A stretch of DNA of 35,026 nucleotides from Trypethelium eluteriae (taxonomy: Eukaryota), in NCBI GenBank assembly GCA_051942245.1, contig JAVECL010000219.1, positions 1 through 35,026 on the forward strand, in the 5' to 3' direction. The notes beneath the pieces are model-generated. The model saw nothing but the letters and a program-made list of their open reading frames with translations, ran no database searches and was not told where the DNA came from. Both the position numbers and the translations under genes were made by a program. Below, piece after piece: positions 23,538 to 35,000 of the stretch (position 1 is its first letter; each line of letters opens with the position of its first letter).

Positions 23538-25034
23538 ATGATGCTTGGGAAAGCTAATTCTCCAACCGCTAGGTTGTTGCGGTCGTCACGGCTTTTTTCA
23601 TTACCTCCTCCTTTGCCAAAGCCAATCAACCAGTCAGGATCGTATGGTGCAGATAGCTATGTAGTGATGCACTCGGATTCTGCAACTCTTCCATATCCTG
23701 TCAGCCAAGCAATTGCTACTCCTCAATCTTCACAAGCGCGGGGCGATTGGGGATTAAAACGGCCACTTCCATTGCGAACAACAGCTCAGTCTTCGACTTC
23801 TGCACTCCGCATTGCCGACATTGACTCAATCGAGCATATTACAAACTTCGAGTCGGCAGCAGATCACACCAAAACCCTGGAGAAATGGCAAGAGATAGGA
23901 TTGCCTGTGGTACAGCACAGCAAGAGGAACACCATAAGTGGTCGCGATCGCAGAGGGTCTGAAACCAGCGTTTTCGAATCCGATATCGACAACACAGCGA
24001 GATCACGGATTGGAAATGACGGGCGCAGATCACTGAATGAGAGGCACGAACGATGGAAGTTTGAAGGTCCGTGGATAACAGGGATGAGTGAAAGCGCCTT
24101 TACAAAATTTGTCACGGGCATGGGAAAACATAGGAAAGCCAGCTTCTTGCGTCATCTCAGAGAGCGGATTCGTCAGAACGAGATGAATGCGGAAAGGATT
24201 CGAGCTCGCGATGAAGGCCGGAGCCTACCCCCAGAATTCCAAGACACCTACAACATCTCTGAGCAATTCTTCCAGGACAAGCTCAAACGTATGCGGGACG
24301 AAATGGTGGGAAAGGACGGGAGTGTCATATTGAATTCGGAGCTGAGCATCCGAATGCAAGAATTCTTCGATCTTCCTCTCCTCTCCGAAGATCAAGGACT
24401 CAACGCTGCTGAATCATTCGAGAGGGAAGGGCGGGACGCTAGAGCTGATCCTGACCAGGAGCCCTTCAGAGCAGGCCCACCACAAACGCATCCCTCAGCG
24501 GGATTCTCCTATCTACGCACTCAAACCCATATTCCCAACCATCCTCTTCTCGGACCCCAGAGAACCCACCACGTGATACGAACACGCCTACTGAGATCGC
24601 GAGGCGGCGTTGGCGACGACGCGGCAAGCGGACGCTTCGGCGTCGCAGGAGTCGTGGTAGAAAGTCCTACCGACCCGGCGTCGTTTCGAGTGAGGGCTGA
24701 TCCAACGGTCCCGGGTGGCCCCAAGGCGTGGGCCGAAGTCCAACGTCTAAGTATCAATATGGATGGTCGGATTGATGCGAGCATCAGGCCGGCGGATACG
24801 GACGCAGTGGCTATTGCGGAGGGCAGGCTGCCGCCTCAGGTGGCAGTAACGCCGCCACCGTTCAAGAGATTGGCCCCAGCACAACCGCTTGACGTCCCTC
24901 GCGAGCGGACGAGGGGGCCGAGTCGCTATTACGACAGGATTGGGGGTGATGCGGTACGTGCAGTAGAGAGGGTCTATGATGAGCAGCGTCATAGAGGGAG
25001 CGGAGGTTCGGGTCTGGATGAGCCTTTCAAATAA
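23538..25034 (+). CDS. MRP51: Mitochondrial small-subunit ribosomal protein Mrp51 (bS1m), 498 aa
   Basis: ARLLRSSRLFSLPPPL presequence-like start, SATLPYP..QAIATPQSSQARGDWGLKRPLP, DSIEHITNFESAADH, WKFEGPWITGM, GPPQTHPSAGFSYLRT. Confidence 0.88.
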   Translation: MMLGKANSPTARLLRSSRLFSLPPPLPKPINQSGSYGADSYVVMHSDSATLPYPVSQAIATPQSSQARGDWGLKRPLPLRTTAQSSTSALRIADIDSIEHITNFESAADHTKTLEKWQEIGLPVVQHSKRNTISGRDRRGSETSVFESDIDNTARSRIGNDGRRSLNERHERWKFEGPWITGMSESAFTKFVTGMGKHRKASFLRHLRERIRQNEMNAERIRARDEGRSLPPEFQDTYNISEQFFQDKLKRMRDEMVGKDGSVILNSELSIRMQEFFDLPLLSEDQGLNAAESFEREGRDARADPDQEPFRAGPPQTHPSAGFSYLRTQTHIPNHPLLGPQRTHHVIRTRLLRSRGGVGDDAASGRFGVAGVVVESPTDPASFRVRADPTVPGGPKAWAEVQRLSINMDGRIDASIRPADTDAVAIAEGRLPPQVAVTPPPFKRLAPAQPLDVPRERTRGPSRYYDRIGGDAVRAVERVYDEQRHRGSGGSGLDEPFK

Positions 25035-25455
25035 GCTGTTCAAGGCCAGTACGAGTCCATACGAGGGGCAAATCCTCGCATATGTAAAAGAAAATAGATC
25101 TGTATAATGCCTTATATATTAAGAGGGAACAGCTCCATTGGGTCCACAACCGCTGATTTTACTAAGAAGCGTTTGATGAATCTAGGACGACATGTACTGT
25201 AACACTGTTCTTACGAGAAAGCGGCAAGCATTCTCGTTCTCCTCTTCCATTCTCTTCCCCATGCTATCTCGTCTTCTTACCCGTTGCCGTAGCCCCTAGA
25301 CCTTGATTATTTGATAAGGGACAAAATAGTTGGCAGTACAAGTGGTTGTTGTCCGCAACGGAACTTACCGCCTCCGCACATTTCGCAGCCCACACCGAAG
25401 TCGAGGTTCTATAACCAGCACAACCAAATTCACATCCTCCCACTCCATCGCCATC

Positions 25456-26243
25456 ATGGGTCGCGTTCGCACTAAGGTGAGCACATAGTACTCTCTGACT
25501 CTTGTGACTTATGTCACCATCCAAGGCTTGCGGAAATGGCATGTTCCCGCGGTGCATCCCCACGCAGCGGCACGAATTTCGACCTCACATTTCTGTAAGC
25601 CTTGGTGCGGAGACACAGTGGCTCACATGATACACCACAGACCGTCAAAAAGAGCGCCAAAGTTCTAATTGAACGCTACTACCCCAGACTCACAGCAAGT
25701 TTCCCGAACTCCTGCGATCGAAGACAAGAGGTTAATTTGACACCAGCTCGATTTCGAGACGAATAAGAGAATATGCGATGAAATCGCCATCATCGCTTCT
25801 AAGCGTCTCCGCAACAAGGTCTGTCGCCCCTGTTCAGCGGATTCCAGCAACTATGCGCCTATTGACACTATATTTTAAATCCCAGATCGCCGGCTACACC
25901 ACCCACTTAATGAAGCGTATCCAGCGTGGCCCTGTCCGTGGTATCTCCTTCAAATTACAAGAAGAAGAGCGTGAACGCAAGGATCAATACGTCCCCGAGA
26001 TTTCGGCACTTGACTTCACACAAAATACGGAGAGTGGACAGTTGGACGTGGATCAGGATACAAAAGATATGTTGAAGAGCATGGGCGTAAGTCGATCTCT
26101 GACAGCGATGGAAGGATAATTCAGAAACTCAATGATACTGATAATTGACGCAGTTTGACTCTGTTCCCGTCAATGTGGTTCCTGTGCAGCAGCAGCAAGT
26201 TGCGGAGAGACCCAGACGCTTTGGAGATCGCCAGCAGCGATAG
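25456..26243 (+). CDS. RPS17: 40S ribosomal protein S17 (eS17), 145 aa; exons 25456-25476, 25641-25694, 25747-25818, 25886-26086, 26154-26243
   Basis: Spliced [87 protein letters not shown]; intron 2 is GC-AG. Confidence 0.97.
25521..25605 (+). other. 18-bp RNA stem in RPS17 intron 1
   Basis: CCAAGGCTTGCGGAAATG (25521-25538) pairs with CATTTCTGTAAGCCTTGG (25588-25605): 16 Watson-Crick plus 2 G-U pairs. Confidence 0.75.
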
Positions 26244-27122
26244 GATGGCGCGGCCTCTTCTACGCTCTCTCTTCCTTTATGATGGAATGGGGTTTGGTGG
26301 ATTCGAAATGATCAAGTGTGCTAGTCTCAGCTAGAAGACAACGAATGCTTGTTTCTTTCAGGGTGTCGCTTAGCTGGTCTGGATTACTCCAGCCAGTAAG
26401 GCTCGATCGCCAATATTCTCCCGTGATACCTCTGCAGCGATGTTCTATCTCATGGTCTCCGGGCCTTCGAGCTAGGATTTCTAAACAACGTCGGGCAGAA
26501 GGCCATCATCACCCGTACTTGACGAGATGGACCTTTCAGTAATCCCTCAAATCCGCGCCAACCGTACCTGTTGTGAATTTCACTTCTCTGTGTATCGCAT
26601 CATGATGAATGATTCAGGAAGAGTCAATTTATAGAATTATTCATCGTACACAGACTCCAGCCTTCCAGATGCCGAATCTTGGATTGTCATAAATTTGAGT
26701 AATTTGAAGTAAATTTTTAATACTGAACCTGCAAGGAATTCCAATACCAGTTCCAGTCCTCCACTATTCGTTAATGTTCATTCCATAACAGGATGCATGT
26801 ACGAGTTTAGCGAGGTATCTGACTCGAGTGCATTTCTTAGCTGAAGCGCATGGACCATGGCTACAGGAACGATCGACCCCATCAGACCATTCCTTCGTGC
26901 CTTGACAATTAGTACGACCATTCATTGATATCTATTCTCATTGGCTTGTTGGTCTAAAACTAGTTCTGCCAGCCGCGAGCACAAGCTGTTGCAAATTCGA
27001 CGAGACAAAAGCCATGTACCCAGCTGAACACTATGTCATCAGTTACAAAACCAAGTGCACTCACGCATCACGATGCTCGGCATGATGCTGAAACTCGCAT
27101 TCCCTTCTTTTCATAGACAGCA

Positions 27123-28101
27123 ATGAAGCCAGACGAAATATTCGACTTTAACGCTGCCGAATATGAAGCCAACGTCCGCAAGCGTGAGACAAATCAGCTC
27201 CGCGAGCAGGAAATCGTCAAGACACGTCAAGCGAAGAAAGCAGAGGCCGACGTTGGCGTGGGAACCTTCGAAGCCATTGCCACTGGAGGCGCTGCTGTGA
27301 TCAAGCCGATCTATGCTGGTCGCCAAGGCGAAGTCGCTGAGGCAAAACTCAAAATCATACAGGCCGAGCTCACAAAACGTGGTATAGCCCTTCACGTCCC
27401 TGATGCCGCCGATGAGAAAGCTGTCGCATTAGGAATACTGAGAGGCGAGATCGTGGGTGAGGGCGTCGATGCTGTTCTTCCCGACACTATTCCTGCCCCG
27501 ACCTTTGAACATGTAGCGGCAGAAATGGTGACTGAAGAAACTGCTGGCGATGGACTGGCAGAAATCACGGATAGGCTCCCACAAAAGACATGTTCTAGGA
27601 TGAATCTCAAGAAGCATCATCGACTGAGGTGTGACATGTGTCGCACATACTTTGATACGTCGTATATGGAGTATTTGCGTAAGAACCTTTTTGCCTAGAT
27701 TAACATTACGGTATAGTAATCATCGCTTACCTGAGACAGACTGCTGTGAATGTAATGACAGTTTCGACCTTTGCGACAGCTGTGCCGCCAAAAGCCTTCC
27801 ACACCAAGCAGGTCATACGCTATATAAAATGATGCCGAAGCGGCCTAAGCTGGATACCAGTCTGAGGGGCGGACTTGGGATGAGTGTCCGCTGCAATGGC
27901 TGTGGAGCAAAATTGAAGAATGTAGAGATATATTGTGAGTCGTTGATCCTAGTCATGGTCCAGCTTTCTTTCTAATCAGTTCACCCAGCATGCGAAGATT
28001 GTATGGGCGATTATGATCTTTGCCTTGCATGTTATGCGGAAGGAAAGAAATGTAAACACGGCAAGCCCATGTACCGGGAGAAAGTAGGGACATCTTGGTA
28101 A
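27123..28101 (+). CDS. Protein with a helical N-terminal domain and two ZZ-type zinc fingers, about 287 aa; exons 27123-27678, 27740-27934, 27989-28101
   Basis: Introns GTAAGA..CAG and GTGAGT..CTAAT..CAG give CDMC...YLHCCECNDSFDLCDSC...H...H and CNGC...YSCEDCMGDYDLCLACY...CKH. Confidence 0.82.
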
Positions 28102-29557
28102 TCCATCACGGGGTTGTATGAAAGTGCAAAATGTGGCTGAGTCGGTTGCTTGTCCACACGACAGATCCGTAAATTCAAGTGGGCAGGAACAGATTTTTCT
28201 ATCAAACTCGGGCATGCTTGCTACGAACAGTGGTCTGAGAAGGTTTTTCTACATCTCAAGGCAGACAAATGTATTTGTGACCTTTACATCGATATGTGAG
28301 CGCAGCGTACCCCTATTTACGGGTAGGTTCAGGTGCAAGCTGCTCGCAATCTCAGCCTACCGCATCGAGGCATGTTGGTTTGACGTCTCAGAGCCTCGTC
28401 TTCTTTTAATTCGACTACGTTTCTTTCTTAAGCACAATCAACCAGTCGAATTCCTCCCTCCTCTCCCAAGCTCTACCGTGTGCAACATTGTAGCTTCACT
28501 TTCTTGAGCGCTTTTCTAGAAGCGAATCTAGCCATACGATTCTATGTTAGAATTATGCTTGAAACCGTACTTAACCATACGCATAAGCTCTCACATTAGC
28601 CAGCCCAGAAGCTGCAGTCGTCCTGGACCTGACCGTAATTCGCTATTACAATCGCAGTAGCATCATCATATCGTTCTGATTAGATGATGTTCCTCATGTA
28701 TTGTAGCTGATCGCGCTCGTCAGATACGTTGCCACATACACTGTCTGCCTCCCACCGGGCTGCAAAATCGAATTCTTCGTGGCGGAATTCTCGACCAATC
28801 AGCCGTCGTTTGAAGAGTTGAGCCGCTGCTATCATATTATCATCGCAGTTTCATGCACTTTCTGGGTCACGGTGTCATCAACTTGCTTGTAAAACTGGTT
28901 TCTCTACACTTGTATTGCCTCATCTCTAATGTCTTTCGACTTTCCATAATCGAAGTGCGAGCTGTATTTAACTTTGCGATGATCACATACCGTGCAGATT
29001 TCATCTAACCTCCCTCTGTTCTTCCATTCGACACGCATTGAGATGGGCTGTGCACTAAGATCCACACCCATCGCAGAATCCTTTAGCCAGAGGTGAAAAC
29101 GTAGTTGTTATTCCCGAGTGAAGGACCTGGATCTCGAGAATATGAATAGCACGGAATTGAGTAGTACGGAACTAGGTCAGCACGAAAGAAGAAGATAGAA
29201 CTTCCATGGCTGATGAAATTACTGATGGTACCTCACTTATCGTTTCTCACTGTCCCCAATACCCCAAAAGGAAACACGGCCCCTCTTCTCCCCTGAAAAA
29301 GCACACACTGAAAATGCAGTAAGGAAATCAGGCACAAATTTATGTGAAAGACATGGCAGCTGGGAGCTAGCGTCTCGAAAGTGAGTAGTGCTGCAGCTAT
29401 TTGCGCAGCGAATAGTACGGTACCAGAGCTGAAACAAGAGATTCGATTTCCAATAGGTGGGGTTCTTTGATTTTTGCACCCACACTTGTTCTATAAGAAA
29501 AGATATAAGGCTACGTCACTTGTAGTAAGGTCGTCTTAAGCTGCTTTCAAATGACAC

Positions 29558-32500
29558 TCAAAATTCCCAATGTACAGGATAATAATAGGATCTTTGAGCC
29601 AACGGGTGACACTTTTCGCACGAAGGATCTGAGATACGATTCAAATCACAGGCGCACATGTTGTCGATTTCGTCTGTGTGGTCAACGCCCAGTCTCTCGG
29701 CTAGCTTGCAAGCGTGGTTCTCGAGCATTGTAGCAAGAACAGAGTGACGCTTGGACTTTGCTATACGTGATGCTCTCTTACAGTCTTGCCTTAGATTGGG
29801 AATTTCGGAATTGTTATTGATAAGCAGTTGGGCCAGATCTAAATGTCCTTCCAAAGCGGCGCACTCCAATGCAGTATGACCCTCTGATTTCGCCGCAGGC
29901 GCGTTGATATGCGCGCCCAACTGGAGCAAGTCTAGGGCCATGTTCAAGTCGCCTTTTTGTGCAGCACACTGTAGTGCTGTACTTCCATCATCAGGGTAAG
30001 CTGGAGCGTTGATGTTGGCGCCATGCTTCAGGAGCAAATTTGTTGCTTTGCAGTTGCCTGAATCAACTGCGAACTGCAGGGGAGTTCGCCAACTTTGTAC
30101 CATATTGGAATGTTCCTCTTTGATGCTGTAATAGTCGTCGTGGAAAAATCCATCCTTGAGTAACTTCTCGAGAAGAAGATTATCCTCGATAGTTATCGCT
30201 CCGTTGAGTGGCCCACCCCCTCCTCGCAAAGTTATGAATAAGTACTTGTCATAATGACCTGCAAAATTTTCGAGATTTTGTAACCATGGAATTTCAACAA
30301 CAGCTCCGAATTCAACCAAGAGTTTGAGGGCTGCTGAATGACTTTTGTAAGCTTTGGACAACATGTCAAAATGTGCGACAATCTGCCACGAAAAATATTT
30401 CGAATCCATGTGACTTTCTTCTGTCAGTGCTTTCAAAATTATTCTCAAGCAGTCAGTCAGTTCTTCCCGTGAAAATGAAGCCCCCAGAGTCATAGCTGCT
30501 TCGAGAATGAGCCGTAAATTCTCTGTACGATATATCGAGAAATATATTGTGCACATTATCAAAAGAGCTTGACAAGGACGTAGACCATTAGCAAGGGCTG
30601 ATTGAAGGACTTCTGGGTGATGACAGAATTGCGGCCACCCCGAAATTTCGAAGTCTCGCGATAAATGATGAATATTGTTCGATAGCTTTTCATTTAATGC
30701 GTCGAAACGTATACCAGAGCCAATCAGCCATAGCAGCACTTTCGAATTTTGGGGGTCTTTCCAAGGATCTTTCCAGGGGCGTTTCAGGAAGTCTTGCCAG
30801 CAGGTTCGCCAGCCTTCGAATCCGAAAACAAAAAGAAGAAATTCAGGGGTCTCCAGAATTGCATTCGATTTGGAACTTATGATTTTATACTGCTCCACGA
30901 ACCGCTCCAGGAGTGAAGGTTCCCCAGTTCTAGCCAGTGCCTTTAAGAAATATAAGAGTTCCTCTTCATTCATTGACACAGCATCTTCTAGGATCAAGTC
31001 AAGTAGCTCGCTGCCTCTAGGAAGATGATCCTGCACGACAGCCATGTCCATCAGGCACAATCCACTCCGAAATTTATGAGGCCAATGCTGATGCAAACCA
31101 ATGCCATGGTTTCTCAAGACCCGTATTACATCAAACCATTCATGTTTCAAGGCTTTTAACATGATCCAGAATTTTGAACAATCATTGAAATAAGTGTGAT
31201 GACATCTGCAGAGGAGCAGAATCATGTCGTGATCGGGCGCGGGTATGTTTTGAAGGACCCAGTAAATATCGAATTCAAAATCAGCTGAAAGACTGGGGCC
31301 ATGGTCAATGAGGAGTTGTAATACTTCACCGCTAGGTCTCAAGATAGTTATCCCAAGAGCACTGCGAAGGATCAATCGGGATATCCAGTCTTGCCTCAAG
31401 TGATCAAGCCATTCCTGTTTATAAGACAGAACGGTTGCCAAGAAAGACACCTGATTGGTCATAGCTGACTTGATGAGTGCAGAGCATGTCTCGTGAGTAT
31501 TTTCTTCTGTGAGACGAAGAAGGTTCTCCAAAATGATATTGCATAAGTTAATCTCGTTTAGAAAAAGTGCTTTCGCCACCTGTTGCTCCCATTTTTTCTT
31601 ATAATGAGGCTGATAAGTAACAATCTGCGCGTCTACAAGACATTGAAACAGGACCATGTCAGAATCTGATAATGGAGTCCCGTGCCATAAAGTCAGTACT
31701 TGTTGCAAGACAGGCTCGTCGACCCAATGATCAGAGCAGTAAACATCCGCTCCAGCGCTTATCAGGCTGCGAACCAGATCCAAGTCCCGCTGGAAAGCTG
31801 CTGCGAGCCCGAGAGCCGTGAAAAAATCCCCACGACGCTGAGCCGCTGCAAAATCTGGATAATCTTCGTACTTTCTAGAGTCGAGAGGGCATTTGCTCTG
31901 CAATAGAATACGAACAAGTTTATGAAGGCGAAGATCAACAGCATGGGATAATATATTGCTAGCGAAGATGTCTGTGGCAGCTGTGTGCATGCTGATCACC
32001 CTTTCAAGGATCCAGTATAGATTATGCACAGAGACCAGTTGGAGAAAATGTCGTAAGGGATCAATAGTCTGCAGAATGTCAACGAGGTCTCGGAAGGTAT
32101 TATCGCTCGTTATGTCCAGGTGACCATTGGCCGAGAGAGTCACTACAATTTTAAGCAACTGGACAAATCCAGGCAACGCTTGTTTTGTCGACGAGCATTG
32201 AATGCTAGAAGACAGATCATCGAGACGCTTCCAATGGTTGTACTGAACACCGCCGGCCTCCAAAGATAGGTGGAGGTTCTGGGAGCTGAGGCCTTTAAAT
32301 TGTAAGGAAAAATCACAGAGCTTTAGGACATACTTCATATCGTCAAGAAGATCCGGTCTGGTGGTGAATGACTGACTGATTAGGGTATCTTCGTTCTTTC
32401 GGACTGATTGATTATTAGTCATTATGAACTACCGAGCGAAGGATTATTTCACCATTGAGATCTAGTAGGTCCATGAACTGTAGTGATGGAAGATTGTCAA

Positions 32501-32996
32501 TCGAGATGGACGTTAAGCATCGAACACCATGGATAGCTTGGCCACGTTCCAGTCGCCCAAGCTGAGAGGAGGACCATGAGGTATCTGCACACAGAGCATT
32601 TCTGAGCGAGTGTGGAGTACACACACGGACGTGGTCCAAGATTTCGGGCGTATAAGGCTGTACTGTCCACGACGGCAAGTCGTATCTGCGAGTCTCTTTC
32701 CGAATCTTTGCCAGTGGAATTTCTTGATCATTGATAAAGACAACGCTCACTTTCCCTTCGCGGGTACGGTGATTCACAATTTGGCTAATATATTTCCAGT
32801 CGGAGGCCTTTTGATTTTTGGTTACCCGCCACTTTTTGAATTGTCGGGCATATTGCTGTTTTGAAGCATGCAGGCCGTCTGCTCTCATGGCGGACATGAC
32901 TTGATCAAGAGGCATATCTTGGTCGATATAGAGGCTGTGAATCTTAGCTCTATGAGCTTCCCAACTCTCGGAGGGGATCGCGGCGTGTGAAGACAT
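29558..32996 (-). CDS. Clr5-domain plus ankyrin-repeat protein, about 1129 aa; exons 32996-32453 and 32403-29558
   Basis: N-terminal IPSESWEAHRAKIHSLYIDQDMPLDQVMSAM...ASKQQYARQFKKWRVTKN (Clr5-type). Intron 32452-32404 (GTGAAA..CTAAT..CAG) joins the two ORFs. Ankyrin repeats TPLQFAVDSGN..LLLKHGANINA, TALQCAAQKGD..LGAHINA, TALECAALEGHLDLAQLLI. Confidence 0.85.
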
Positions 32997-33851
32997 CTTG
33001 TCAGGCAACAACGGCTAGAGCGCAAGTGGAATTAAATGAATGAGAAAGGGTATTGAGCCCCAGAAACGACTTCAAAGACTCATAAGCGTGTGTTTTTGAG
33101 GGCTACCTCAGCCGGATGTAGGAGAGATGTAATGTCTTGGGAACTTGGCAAGCTGCAGCCTAGACCCGCCATTATATAGAGCGAAAATGGGGACGTCACG
33201 AGCGGATCGTGCCCTGATGCATATCAGGTTGTCCACGTTGCGAGTGCCGATTATATGAGCTGATTGGAGATGACCAAAACTTTGAAGGCGTTGCTGTTGC
33301 ACGAACTTGACAGATCTGACTGAAAACGACCAGGATTGCGTGGTCGGCGGGGGACTGAGAACGATCTAATTGGAGATAACCAGAACTTCGCGAGCGGTGC
33401 TTCTGCATGGCTGTGGAGAAGCTGATTGGCCCCTGCCAGAATATCGGTGGGGTGGCAACTTGACCTGATTGCACATGTTCAGATTCCGCTCACGTGACTC
33501 GCGTAGTCCGACAATCCGCTGCCGTAACCTCATCAACCCACTGTCCCGGGGCCTATTGTCTGCCTTAGATGTATGAAAAGAGTAAAGTAGGGACCTTTCG
33601 TACCGGCAGCAATGTGGGGCCCTGCATGAAGCGTATCATGTCCTACGAGTCTCTTGCTTTCAATTGACAAGTGTCTTCCAAGGCTGATCCATACCAAGTT
33701 TTCGTGATTGCTGTGATAGGGGTGTATCACTATGCTCGTCTTTAATAGTCCCTAGCCCATATATCTCTGGTTGTAATTCACATTCATATGAACTTACAAA
33801 TTAGCATTTCGCTGCCGTTGATTCCTTGAAACATCAGAAGCTTCACTTGCA

Positions 33852-34076
33852 ATGGAAATATCGTTGGATACCGTCCTGTCTCTGGTCAATCTTCTTCTCA
33901 ACACCGTCCCAGCAGCAGCAGCCGCGCTGGCTATCTGGAAATTTTATCAAGATGTGTGCCGACGCAGGAATCGAATATACAATGGTGAAATAGCAACCAG
34001 CCCCATTAGATTTCTTTTTGAAGCTAATACTGCAACAGAAGTTTGGGAAGAGCAAGAGTTATTTCACATACTGTGA
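33852..34076 (+). CDS. Small single-TM protein (56 aa if the in-frame intron 33985-34038 is spliced, 74 aa if not)
   Basis: Good ATG context (GCAATGG). Hydrophobic LDTVLSLVNLLLNTVPAAAAALAIW followed by RRRNR. 54-nt GTGAAA...GCTAAT...CAG intron. Confidence 0.55.
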   Translation: MEISLDTVLSLVNLLLNTVPAAAAALAIWKFYQDVCRRRNRIYNGEIATSPIRFLFEANTATEVWEEQELFHIL

Positions 34077-35000
34077 TGAGGTAGTAACGGCTATTCTTTG
34101 CTGCCTGAATTGGAAATTACTCTCGAGAAGCAGCGATGACCCACGTTCTACGTTCAGCAGTCGAAGCACCGACCACGATATGGGTCAGTGACAAAGCACG
34201 AGCTAAACTGAGATAAAATTCGGCTGGATGCATATGAAGCGGAGGTATATGGGGAAATCAGTAAAGAATCCTGGAAGATCAAACACCGTTGACCGATAGT
34301 CTGCTACAGAGGAAATAAGTCCTTGATCGGTCAATGCAAGACGGACGTGAATCGGGGTTTCCCGACCAGTTACGGATTCATGTCCAAATTCTCCTGGAAA
34401 GACACTGGTGGAACACTAGAAATCTGAGTTGCTCTTTGGCGTTTTTTTAAAGAAATACTTGACGGTCTTCCAGTACTTTTATATAGATGGAGAAATTTCT
34501 TAATGGGCCAAACCCCTTGCAGCACCGACCTCCATGCTTTGTCAGCGTACCTAAGCGAGTCCGAACCCGAAACCGAAGTTGAACAAGAACCAATAGCTGC
34601 CAGTTGAACTACTTCGGATTGCTGGGCCTGTTAAACGTACTCTACGCGCCACTGGCCCCAAGGACTCCGCTACGATAACACCGATAACACCGTTAAACTC
34701 CCGCAGATGAATAATGATGCTGCAAAGCGGGAGTATTCAACGTCAGGGCGCATTTTGATCCTCGTCCTCACCGGTCAGGCACCTACAACGGCTTCAGGAA
34801 GACATGAGAGACTTGTGTTATAAATGAGAGCCCATGGAGTGGTAGAATTTGTACAGATCTTTGCCAGATCTAAATCACTGGTACCCAGATCCATCATCCC
34901 CTCCATAGCTGGTGCAAAAACTCAATTATACCCGCCAATTTCTTTAATTAAACCCCCAGATAAACTGACACCAAATTTCTCAAGTCACCACTCCCTCGCA

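Noticed and set aside
25289..25300. TAGCCCCTAG upstream of RPS17 as a ribosomal-protein promoter motif
   Set aside because: Single imperfect copy; cannot be supported without comparing other ribosomal-protein promoters.
26602..26728. Box C/D snoRNA candidate (ATGATGA at 26602, CTGA at about 26724)
   Set aside because: The C-box-like sequence is buried in a hairpin, and I could not identify a terminal stem or an rRNA-complementary guide. A snoscan or Infernal search would settle it.
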